From NCBI GenBank assembly GCA_977017645.1, contig OZ360231.1:63240001-63304000 (forward strand): a DNA stretch of 64,000 bases. The letters run 5' to 3'. The notes beneath the pieces are model-generated. The model worked only from the letters and a program-made list of their open reading frames with translations. It was not told the origin of the DNA and ran no database searches. The translations under genes and the position numbers were made by a program. Positions 11,791-21,632 of this stretch are shown one piece after another (the first letter of the stretch is position 1; each line of letters begins with the position of its first letter). The stretch is from Torpedo marmorata (lineage: Eukaryota).

Positions 11791-13130
11791 ACGAAGGAAA
11801 TATTCCTCATCAAAGTGATATTCATCATTTAGCTTATCTGTGGAAGGTTTATTTACCTGAAATTAATTCTGAGATAGAAATGCTGATTGGTTCAGATGTG
11901 CCAAAGGTTTTGGTACCAAAAGAAGTAATAGAAAGTAAAAGGAATGGACCTTACGCTATTAGAACCATACTTGGTTGGGCAATCAATGGACCAATGGAAA
12001 GAAATAATGATATTGCTCAGGAACAGGTAGCGATAAATGTTAATAAAATTTCAGTTGAGAAATTTGAAGAGTTAAGAGAAGAGCAAAAAACCGTGAATAA
12101 GAAAATCACTTATGAAGAAAAGAAAACAGATCAATGTGAAAATAAATCAGTGGTATTTAAAACAACATTAAAGAAATTAATTTCGTCAGAAATGGATGAA
12201 AGTGAAGTATTAGAAGATGTTGCAAATAATACTGTTGATCATTCATGTGTAATTGAATCAAATACAGGAATAAAACAAGTGACTGAAAACAAATCTGAAT
12301 GTAGATTTTGTATTTCAGAGATTACAATTGACAAAACTAATGAAGAATTATTGCAATGTGATGTAAAAATGGAGAACATAGAAAATTGTGCTGATGGAAT
12401 AAAGAATAATGATTCAGAGAACAAAATGTTGAAAGGAGAATTGAAAATATTAGATAATCAAGAAAACAGTAAACAAAAAGATTTAATTGTAAGTAAAACT
12501 CGCAAAGTCAGAAAGCGGAAGAAAAGAATAACTGCTGAAGAAATGAATACAGTTATTGAGGAAAGAGATTCAGCATTATCAAAATGTAAAAGGTTGGAGG
12601 AAGAGATTAATGTTTTAAAAGAGAACAAGTTATTGGTTAATAACACAAAACAGTTGACTTTAAAAATCAATCAAGAATGTAAATTGAATGTTCAACAATT
12701 AACAATGCAGAAAGAATGTGATATTGCATTGCAGATATGTAACAAACAAGATGAAGAAATTAAAAAATTTCAAGTTTGTCGCGACAGGATTGACAATGGA
12801 AATATCAATGTACCATATGATATTTTGACTTCAGATCAAATTATTAATTTCTCGGAAGGAGCTGAGACTGAATTGAAAGTTGCAAAATTGGATTTAGAAT
12901 TGCAGGAAAGAGCCATAGAAACCAGAGTGGTTAAACAGACCTGTTTAAAATCGAAAGAATCAGATAAATATTCAAATTCTAATTCTAAGAGTTTAAATTC
13001 TTCACATGAGAAGTGGAATACTGAAGAAAGGAATAAAGTGAAACGACGTGCTGAAGAAGTGCCTCATGTTAAATTCAAAAGGAAAACTGTATCTATTTTG
13101 TCTGAAGAAGATTTGAGGTTTACTGATTGA
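11748..13130 (+). CDS. -1 frame continuation: end of BEL protease region fused to a coiled-coil segment resembling MIPOL1
   Basis: CDLPSVYTQKTMPV...MLIGSDVP...GPYAIRTILGWAINGP is canonical BEL; later RITAEEMNTVIEERDSALSKCKRLEEEI matches recalled MIPOL1; no YxDD, RNase H or integrase DDE. Confidence 0.75.
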   Translation, partial: CDLPSVYTQKTMPVNEGNIPHQSDIHHLAYLWKVYLPEINSEIEMLIGSDVPKVLVPKEVIESKRNGPYAIRTILGWAINGPMERNNDIAQEQVAINVNKISVEKFEELREEQKTVNKKITYEEKKTDQCENKSVVFKTTLKKLISSEMDESEVLEDVANNTVDHSCVIESNTGIKQVTENKSECRFCISEITIDKTNEELLQCDVKMENIENCADGIKNNDSENKMLKGELKILDNQENSKQKDLIVSKTRKVRKRKKRITAEEMNTVIEERDSALSKCKRLEEEINVLKENKLLVNNTKQLTLKINQECKLNVQQLTMQKECDIALQICNKQDEEIKKFQVCRDRIDNGNINVPYDILTSDQIINFSEGAETELKVAKLDLELQERAIETRVVKQTCLKSKESDKYSNSNSKSLNSSHEKWNTEERNKVKRRAEEVPHVKFKRKTVSILSEEDLRFTD

Positions 13131-13149
13131 CATTTTAACTCAGATTTGA

Positions 13150-13349
13150 AGATAAAAGAACTTTAAAGAGACATTGTGATTGTTATGGATGGTTCAACTT
13201 CAAGAAATTCCTGGTTACTTGGAAAAGATTATTGAGACTTTTCAAGACAAAGAGGACTTGTGCGTCAAGTGCGAATTAAAACTAAGACTGGTTTTCTAAA
13301 CAGACCTATTAATAAGGTCTGCCTTTTGTTGGAGACAGAGGAACTTTGA
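13150..13349 (+). pseudogene. BEL/Pao integrase C-terminal remnant (DUF5641-like), frameshifted
   Basis: DIVIVMDGSTSRNSWLLGK / GLVRQVRIKTKTGFLNRPINKVCLLLE* is the characteristic BEL pol end. Confidence 0.85.
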
Positions 13350-13551
13350 TAAATGTGAACTGACTTTATTTGTTGTTGTACATTTCACAGGTTACAGACT
13401 TTTGTTTAATCAGAGTTATGGTAAACTCTAGATCTATGAAGAAGGAAGAAAGAAGATTTGTATTGTTTTGAATTATGGTTATTGTTATTTATAATTTATA
13501 GTGTAATTATTATTCAAGACATTACGTCTAATTATAATAATTAGGGGCCGG

Positions 13552-14172
13552 TGTAAGAGCCGTAGGCTCGTTTACTTACCGTTGTTGCGGCGCTCCGATG
13601 TCTTGTCGGGCCTTGGAGCGCCGCGTAGTTGTTGTGGATGTTGCTGGGCCGTCCTCGGCCCGTTCGGAGCGCTCGCGTTGTCTGCGGGCCGCTATCAGCC
13701 CGTTCTTTGATATGCGCATGCGCGGGAGTGCCGACGGGCGCATGCGCAGTATGGAGCGACGTCATTGTGCGCGTGGGAGGCTGGGAGTTGTAGTATGCGT
13801 GGGGTAGGATGCGCAGAGCCATTAAAGAGAGAGAGAACAAGAAAGGAAAAGATGTATGGAGGGTGAGTCTGGTCTCCACATCTTTATTGACCGTTTTATA
13901 TCGAGTTATAATGTTTTTATAACTTCAACATCATCTACAGTGTTTCATATCGTTTTGGAATTGTTTAAGGAATAATTTAAAGGAACTCATCATACATCGT
14001 TTACAAGAACTGTTTATATTAAAGTCATTGAAGATTACTGCAAGTCATGTGTGAAAATAAAGGTTTTGAACATATTGGACTTTGTTAGTAAATTAATTAA
14101 AACGCGTCAAAAGCAAGGACCACACTTAGCCTCCAGGTGACTATTGGTGGAGCGAAGTCACCGTTACTTATA
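13552..14172 (+). repeat. 3' LTR of BEL/Pao element
   Basis: Near-identical to 8343-8963, preceded by a polypurine tract and followed by TSD TGTCC. Confidence 0.95.
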
Positions 14173-14989
14173 TGTCCTAAAGTTTGTCATCTGTTACAAA
14201 TTCATACAAGTTCCTTGATGTCCGTTGCTGCTTGAAGTAGCCTGAATATCTTACTTTTAATGGGAGTTTCACCATACTGCTGCTGCCTGATACTCGAAAT
14301 CACCTTCTCTTGCCAAATGGAGCTGCACCTACTGTGATGGGTTTGGGCACATTAACCATGTCACCTCGGTAACATAACCAATTCCAGCGTAGCCAAGCAC
14401 AGTTCAGCAATCATGCCCATGCCTGCACTTTGAAAGACCAGGTTCCCATTTCCCTGCTTCTCCCCCCGACCACCCCCCACCCCACCCCCACACCAATTCC
14501 TTGAAATTTTCTTCTTTACCTAATTTATTTTTAAACATTACAAAATAATTAGTTCACACTTCCCTTTCAGTCTTGGCCATCTAGACCACAAAGTTTCAAA
14601 CAACTTTAAAAAAAAAAATTGAAATCTCCCCTGGCTTTTTTTTGCCAATCACTACAACTTTTATGGAAGGAAACCACAAACGCCTGCAGTAATCTGGTGC
14701 AGTGATTAGGTACGAATGGTCAGTTATTGTTATTCTTAACATTTTCCCCACCCTTGAGAACAGGCACTGGGGGACTCCAAAAACTGGGACCTCCTCCAAA
14801 TTGTCAATATCATATCAGTAGTACAGTAGAGCCAACTTAACTGCCCATGTGGATACATTCACAACAGTCCAACCTTGCTGGGAGTTGTCCAAAAGAGGTA
14901 AAAAAAAGTTGAAAAATATAACCTTTAGGTGATCCTCAAGGGGCAGGAGTAAGAGGACACACAAGCTTCACTGACTTTGTAAAGCTCTT

Positions 14990-15785
14990 ACACAAGAGTT
15001 GCACTGCAATGAATTTGATTGGAATACTGATTATTCACTACAGCTCTGATTTCTGTGATGCAGACTAAAAGGAGCTGTGTTGCTCAGCCTTGCCTGATGT
15101 ATTTTTATTTTATAATAAGTGATATTCCTCATGGCATTTTTGAAATGTACATCAGCATAAATTCCTTCCCATCTTTAATCACTTCCAGTGACATTAGCTA
15201 AGCCATGAACTGTCATTGTAGTGATGATTACAAAGTTGAATGTTGTTTTGAGATCATTCTCAGTCCTGAACCTGTGACTAGAACCGTTCGGGCGCCTGCC
15301 TTCATTTTGCTCATACCTTGATGAGGGGCTCAAGCCCAAAACGTTGATTAAGTATCTTTATATTTGCTATATAAAGTGCACTGTTTGACCTGCTGAGTTT
15401 CCCCAGCATTGTGCTTTTACTTCAATCATGGTGTCTGCAGACTTTCGTATTTTACACAAGAGCTTTACTGACTTTGATGTCTAGTCACAGGTTCAGGACT
15501 GAGAATAACCTCAAAACAACATTCAACTTTGTAATCATCATTACAATGACAGTTCATAGCTTGGCTAATGTCAAGCCTGGTCCTTGAAGTGATTAAAGAC
15601 AGGAAGGAATTTATGCTGATGTACATTTCAAAAATACCACGATGAATATCACTGTTATTATAAAATAAAAATACATCAGGCAAGGCTGAGCAACACGGCT
15701 CCTTTTAGTCTGCATTACAGAAAATAGAGCTGTACCGAATAATCAGGATTCCAATTAAATTAGTTGCAGTGCAATTCTTTTGCAA
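14990..15785. repeat. About 290-bp inverted repeat pair flanking a Penelope 3'-end fragment
   Basis: 14990-15283 is the reverse complement of about 15479-15782 (e.g. CAGTCCTGAACCTGTGACTAGA / TCTAGTCACAGGTTCAGGACTG); PLE tail at 15285-15455. Confidence 0.85.
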
Positions 15786-16719
15786 CTTAGGACAATTGTA
15801 CAAATTTAAAAGAGTCCAAACAGACAACAACGAGGATCCTATAGATTTTTAGATCTTTGAAGAATGAATAGCACATAGATTGTTAAAGTGATTTCAACTA
15901 AAAGGAATGTAGCAAGGACTCTACCATGCCTCTTAAGATCATTTACTGAGTTTCCCAATTTGCCAAGATGGGATCAAACACAAAATAGTGGCAATTTCAT
16001 TTTGACCTGCACATTAAATTATAGGTTGGTGTCTTTTGGCTGCCTCTGGTAGAGAGAGGAGTTTCTGTGATAACATGCTAGGCACGAAGAGCAGCTCTAC
16101 AAGCATTTACAGAATGAGAACTGCTGATGCTCCAAATGATTTGTCATGAAGAAACAGCTGAGTCTGAATTTTTGAATTATTGTGGAAATGTTCTTTAAAT
16201 CTTATGATAATGTTGAAAACAGTAATGTCATCGTTTCATTAAAAGTGACACCAATAAACCATTTCACACTGCAGTCAAGATTTATTGTCATGTAAATTCC
16301 ATGAAATAAATCTTCATTTATGTTACTGGTGATGCAGAGAATCACCATTGATCAGCACTGGTCAGATTTGAAGCAGAGTTACAGTACTTAAGTGTAGGAC
16401 CAATATGATTCAATTCGTGGTTTGCTTGACTTTCAGTAACATCAAAGGAAATGTTAGAATAAGGATCTACTCCAAAATTCACATTTTTCATCCCATTTCC
16501 ACCCTATACTACTTGCCTTGTCCACAGAAAAGAGTTCTATGGAAGCTTCATTTGCCAAAGTCTCAGTAAAAGTCAATTACTATTCCAGTTTAAGCATAAT
16601 ATGTATTCCTTAACATTGTCAATTATTGGGAAGCCAATCCCATCCATATCACAAGAATCTAACTAGAAATCAAAGATAGATGCAAAACCAATAGTTTAGT
16701 CACAAAGAGTTGCTCCACT

Positions 16720-16918
16720 GTTTTTCTTTTTTCCCTGATTTATAAAAAAATAGAATAGTGGGGATATAGGGGTTAGGGAGGGGAGGGTGGGAAGGGGGGA
16801 GAAAATGTAGATCACATGTATTTTTGAAATATATGCAAAATTATTTTATGTATTTTGTGATTTAAAAATTTAAATAAAATTTTAAAAAAATAAATAAATA
16901 AAAATAATTTTAAAAAAA
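16720..16918 (+). mobile_element. L1 3' UTR fragment with A-rich tail
   Basis: G-rich tract, then TTTTATGTATTTTGTGATTTAAAAATTTAAATAAAAT, as at the L1 end at 29150-29289. Confidence 0.7.
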
Positions 16919-18029
16919 GAGCATGGTACATGAGATTGAAGAGTATAAACAAATCACCAGAGAACTGAAAATCAGACAGTGGGTCAGACAGAATTTAAAC
17001 AAGCACATCAGCCCACATCCATGCCAACCATTATGCTTCATTTATACCAGTCCCATTTAAAATCCTGCATCCTCATCAACTTCTCTCATTCTGACACCTC
17101 CCCCACGCAACATCAACCACTGAATCTCCTACCACCCACCTACAGAAGGGATGATTTACAACAGGCAAGGAACCTACTAACCAACACATTTGGCATGTAG
17201 GAGCAACCAGAGGACCCCAAATTGTCACAAGGAGGTGGTGCAAACTCTGCACACACACACCCCCACAGGTCACGATCAAACTCGAATCTCTGGAGTTATG
17301 ATGCAGCAATGTGCAGCCCACAGGTCATGTTAAATAAATTTAAGACTGATTAAATTTGGTCTGGCTACATAGTTCTGGTCTTACTATTAAAAAGGGTATA
17401 GAGACATCTGAGAAAAGGTGGTGGGAAGATTTATAGGGTGAAACCAGGCCAGAATTTACAACAATCAGGAAGAATTGAATGAAATTGGATTAGGGTCTTT
17501 TCTAAGTTTTAATAGTGATCTTTCAAAACCCAAAGGGCTTAGATGGAGAAGATATTTCTATTTATTCGAAGGCTGTCATGAACAACTGATGGTCACCAGT
17601 GACTAAAATGCAAAACTCACTACTACAAAATGAAGCAACTTAAACCAATATCATAGATGTGTGCAAGAAGATTCTAATTAAGTACGAGGGAGAGAGGCGT
17701 CAAGGGGTGTTGTGACTAAACTCATTGAAACAGTGTGGATGGATCACCACAAAGGCCAGTTTGGCCAAATGACTCTGTGTGCACAAATTCTATGGCATCA
17801 AACCAGTTAGTCCTTCCCTGGGTGGAGTTTATGGTTCTCCAAAAGGTAGTAATGAACCTGTAATTACTCAGAAAAAGAAAATAAATCTGGCCTGCCTTGA
17901 ATAATTATTGACTCTTGTTGCTAGCAGCACTTCACAAACTGGTTGATCAAGCTTTAAATACTCACCCGAGAGCACAAAGTGAGAGCATAATAAAAGTTAG
18001 TGTATTTTGTCATACAAGTCCGAACACAT

Positions 18030-18425
18030 GCCATTTATCACTATTTTTGTGGCTCTTCAGTAAGAGAAGTGCACCAGATAATTAATGTCTCGTCCAGGAG
18101 ATGGAAGATGTTCCATTTCTCCTCTCAATGGTTTTGCAAATAAGGAAATGTGTAGCATTGCCAATTGCATGGTATGGATTTGCAGTACCATGATAGGACA
18201 ATCATCTATATTTATTCTTGCCTGATGGCCACTATTCCTCTGTTCAGAGATCGATGCACATATGTAGTTACTCAATATGCCTCCCAACATCTTGGATCAA
18301 TTTTTACAGTCCCAAGCAATCTCGAAAATTCAGGACATTTGTAATACGGTGCATCCAAACCTTAAGGGACGTCTATCATGGAAGACTACAGAATACCATG
18401 TTCTGATACAGATGACCATGCAGCT
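18030..18425 (-). pseudogene. Possible decayed EWI-family first Ig-V exon
   Basis: After acceptor TTGCAG, the minus frame gives VFHDRRPLRFGCTVLQMS*IFEIAW...VLQIHTMQL...SY*RATKIVIN (Ig B-strand Cys, C-strand Trp, E strand) with stops and frameshifts. Confidence 0.4.
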
Positions 18426-19411
18426 CTGCAATGTTGTGAACTGGCTTCTCATAACCATGAAAAAGAATATAACTCAGATTTATTAGAGAGAACTGACTGA
18501 AGAAAACCAATATTCATTGTATAGGAGCATTACTGCAGCTCATTGATCACTAATGTTCTAGATTCTACACAACTCAAACAAGATTTGGTGATGACATTAA
18601 CTTGAATACACTAGTTATAGACCAAGGATAGTTTGTGTGCCTCGTAGAAATGCACAACTCACAATGAAATTATATTGGCACTGGTGTAGATTGGTTAAGC
18701 TGTTAAATATGGTTCCTGTTTATGACACGCAATATTTCACTATTTATTCCCAAATTGTGTACTTGGACTACCGTGCAGCGGAACCTTGATTTACAAATTT
18801 CAGAACCTACTGTCCCTTTCATGACTATGGTCTGGACAACAAAGCCAATTGAGGTGATTTGTTTGGGCCTAGGAAGATATGAAATGAAACTTGAAGGCTT
18901 AATGCGAATTTTATATTGGAGATTTAAGTGGCCAGAGTTGAATTCTTCTCTTTGACAATTGAATATAGGCTGTAATAAAAATTACAAGAAACAATGGAGA
19001 ATTTAATTCCCCTAATGAATCTTAATAGCACTGACAAATTAAAAATGAATTTAATGTAACCAAAATGAACCCAATGCTCTTTTATTTTGCTCTCTTAAAT
19101 CCAGAGTTAAATCATATATTGCTTGGAAAGTTTTCATGAGGTTTAGGAGCCACACAAAATCTGCTGGAGGAACTCAGCGGGTCAAAAGTCCCCCAGCATC
19201 TGCAGTCTCTCATGTGTCTTCATGAGTTTTCAGACTAAGTTTTAGCTACAAATTTAAGGGTAGTTCTTCAGAACTGCTGTATATATACCGTATATTTCGG
19301 CGTATAAGTCGAGTCTTGAAACCCTCAAAAATCTCTCAAAAAACTGGGGTCGACTTATACGCCGGGTATACCTTTGAGACCTTAAAATCAGCTCAAAAAC
19401 TACTCCACGCT

Positions 19412-19632
19412 GATTCGGCGTATAAGTCGACCCTTGAAAACACGATTCGGCATATAAGTCGACCCTTGAAAACACGATTCGGCGTATAAGTCGACCCTTG
19501 AAAACCCGATTCGGCATATAAGTCGACCCTTGAAAACCCGATTCGGTCTATAAGTCGACCCTTGGAAACCCGATTCGGCGTATAACTCGACCCTTGAAAA
19601 CCCGATTCGGCGTATAAGTCGACCCTTGAAAA
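19412..19632. repeat. Subterminal tandem array, 7 x 32 bp, containing the TIR core
   Basis: Unit GATTCGGCGTATAAGTCGACCCTTGAAAAC(A/C)C starting at 19412, 19444, 19476, 19508, 19540, 19572, 19604. Confidence 0.95.
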
Positions 19633-19695
19633 ACCAAAAAAAAACCCGACTGCAACAAATTTTCATTGACATTTTTATTGAAAACAACAAGACAT

Positions 19696-21010
19696 TTAGA
19701 ACCCTTCAAAATCACTTTCGCTATCATCGTCTGAGGCAAAGATCTCGGCAAGCACATCCAGGGTCTCACTGTTTAAACAGTCATCGTACGGGTCCCAGTC
19801 TGTATCTGATGAGGTGGCTTCAGCTTCGTCGTCAGTGTCCCACAATAAATCATCTTCCGTACCATCAATTGCACAAGAGATACTGCACTTTTTAAACGAT
19901 TTTATTACAGTCTCTACTTTCACTTTGTCCTATGCCTTGAGCACGAAGTCACACAGCACATCAAGTGATGCAGCACGCATTGCCCCGCCTTTTGTAAATG
20001 ATTTTTCTGCACTCGACATCCATGTATTCCACTCTTCACGCACATGGTCTTTGAATGGCTTGTTCAAGCAGACAATGAGAGGTTGCAATATAGACGTCAA
20101 ACCACCCGGGATAACCGCCATGTAAGTATTATGTTGTGCTAATCTACTTTTAGTCTTCTCAGTTAAGTGGCTACGAAACATATCCCACACCAGCAAACTC
20201 CGTTCCTTGCATAAACCACCTGGCCGCCTGTTCCACACATTGTCCATCCATAGTTTTACACCTTTTTCATCCATCCATCTTCATGAAAATGTACAAAAAT
20301 ACCCGCAGGGAATTTTATTTTAGGTTTAAATTTACGTTTGAAGATTACCATGGGTCTTAACTTTGTCCCGTCGGCCATGCACGATAACACCACAGTAAAC
20401 CTGGTCCTTTCATGGCCTGTACTCCTGGTTTGCACAGTTTTCACACCTTTCCATTCCACTGTTCTATTGCCTATCATGTCAAAATTCATGGGGGTTTCGT
20501 CCATGTTTCCAATATTTGCCAATGCAAACTTGTGCTTCTGCCGGTTACGTAAAATAAACTGGTGAAAACTTACAACTTTATGATCAAGATTTTTTGGTAG
20601 TTTCTGAGCAATTTTTGTCATAATACCAGATTTTTCCTGTTCATGAAACGGTTGCACCAGCCTACTGTAGCTTCAAAATCATTACTGAATTCTGGGTGCA
20701 ACTTTGCCCACTTCAGTGCAAATGTTCTTATTTTATTTCGGGTGACTATGTAGCAATCTTGCCTCTGTTCACGTACCCATGCTGCTACATGATTTTCCAA
20801 CTCTGGCCAATGAGTGATTCCCCTTCTCATCGAACATTGCCTTTTTGGTATTTTTCTTAAAGTATCTTCTTTCTTCCTCCAATCTCTTACCAACTTCTCA
20901 TATATATCAAATTTTCTTGCAGCAGCACAGTTGTTGGTTTTCTTGGCCATCTCTATCACTTTTAATTTAAAACTCGCCTCATACTTTCGTCGTTTCAATT
21001 GAGCCTCCAT
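19696..21010 (-). pseudogene. Pogo transposase (Brinker-type DBD, CENP-B/Tc5 HTH, DDE_1), disrupted
   Basis: RRKYEASFKLKVI, WPELENHVAAWV, GWCNRFM, NMDETPMNFDM, WDMFRSH, IPGGLTSILQPLIV (QPLD Asp lost); split over four ORFs by two frameshifts and a stop. Confidence 0.9.
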
Positions 21011-21029
21011 GATAACAATCACCTCCAGC

Positions 21030-21190
21030 CAACGCCCAGCACCTCAATCATCGCGATTTTTGGGCGTCGACCTATACGCCGGTCAACGCCCAGCAGCTCA
21101 ATCATCGCGATTTTTTGGGGTCGACTTATACGCCGGTCGACGCTCAGCATCTCAGGCATCGCGATTTTTGGGGGTCGACTTATATGCCGG
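21030..21190. repeat. Subterminal tandem array, 3 x about 54 bp, containing the inverted TIR core
   Basis: Unit CAACGCCCAGCAGCTCAATCATCGCGATTTTTTGGGGTCGACTTATACGCCGGT. Confidence 0.9.
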
Positions 21191-21384
21191 ATATACAATA
21201 AAACCATTAAAATGAGGCTGAAAAAGGGGGGTCGACTTATCCGCGAGTCGACTTATACGCCAAAATATACGGTATATTTAAATTCACAAAATCATATTTT
21301 TCTGCAATAGCAGAAAAATCAGTTTAAAACATTCCCATTTTATTCACCAACACAAAACAGGTATCTAATTTTAAAATTTATTTA

Positions 21385-21632
21385 AAAATAAAATTTAGAC
21401 ATACAGCACAGTAACAGGCCCTTTCGGCCCACGAGCTCGTGCCATCTAATTATACCCAGTTGACCTATACCCCCAGCACATTATGAACGGTGGAGGAAAC
21501 TGGAGCACCTGGAGGAAACCCACGCAGACAAGGGGAGAATGTACAAACTCCTTACAGATATCCCCGGATTTGAACCCCAGTCCCGGTCGCTGGCGCTGTA
21601 ACAGCATTGTGCTAACCGCTACGCTAACTGTT
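21385..21632 (-). mobile_element. tRNA-derived V-SINE (HE1-like)
   Basis: Same family as 5775-6032; B-box GGTTCAAATCC on minus. Confidence 0.85.

Larger units (their letters stand above)
8343..14172 (+). mobile_element. BEL/Pao LTR retrotransposon, non-autonomous (RT/RNaseH/IN core missing), recent insertion
   Basis: Two 621-bp LTRs, 5-bp TSD TGTCC (8338-8342, 14173-14177), purine tract AGGGGCCGG before the 3' LTR, Pao-type Gag, three zinc knuckles, protease and integrase C-tail. Confidence 0.95.
19288..21272 (-). mobile_element. Pogo-superfamily (POGK/Passer-like) DNA transposon, full length, inactive
   Basis: 25-bp TIRs CCGTATATTT(C/T)GGCGTATAAGTCGA, TA target duplications, internal transposase. 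Confidence 0.93.

Noticed and set aside
11781-13130. Retroviral envelope gene in the BEL element
   Set aside because: No signal peptide or transmembrane segment; it lies before the integrase tail rather than after pol.
19412-19632. 32-bp repeats as a CRISPR array
   Set aside because: Units are directly tandem with no unique spacers, derive from the transposon TIR, and the context is eukaryotic.
19696-21022. Domesticated POGK-like host gene
   Set aside because: TIRs and TA TSD are intact, and the ORF has frameshifts, a stop and a lost catalytic Asp.
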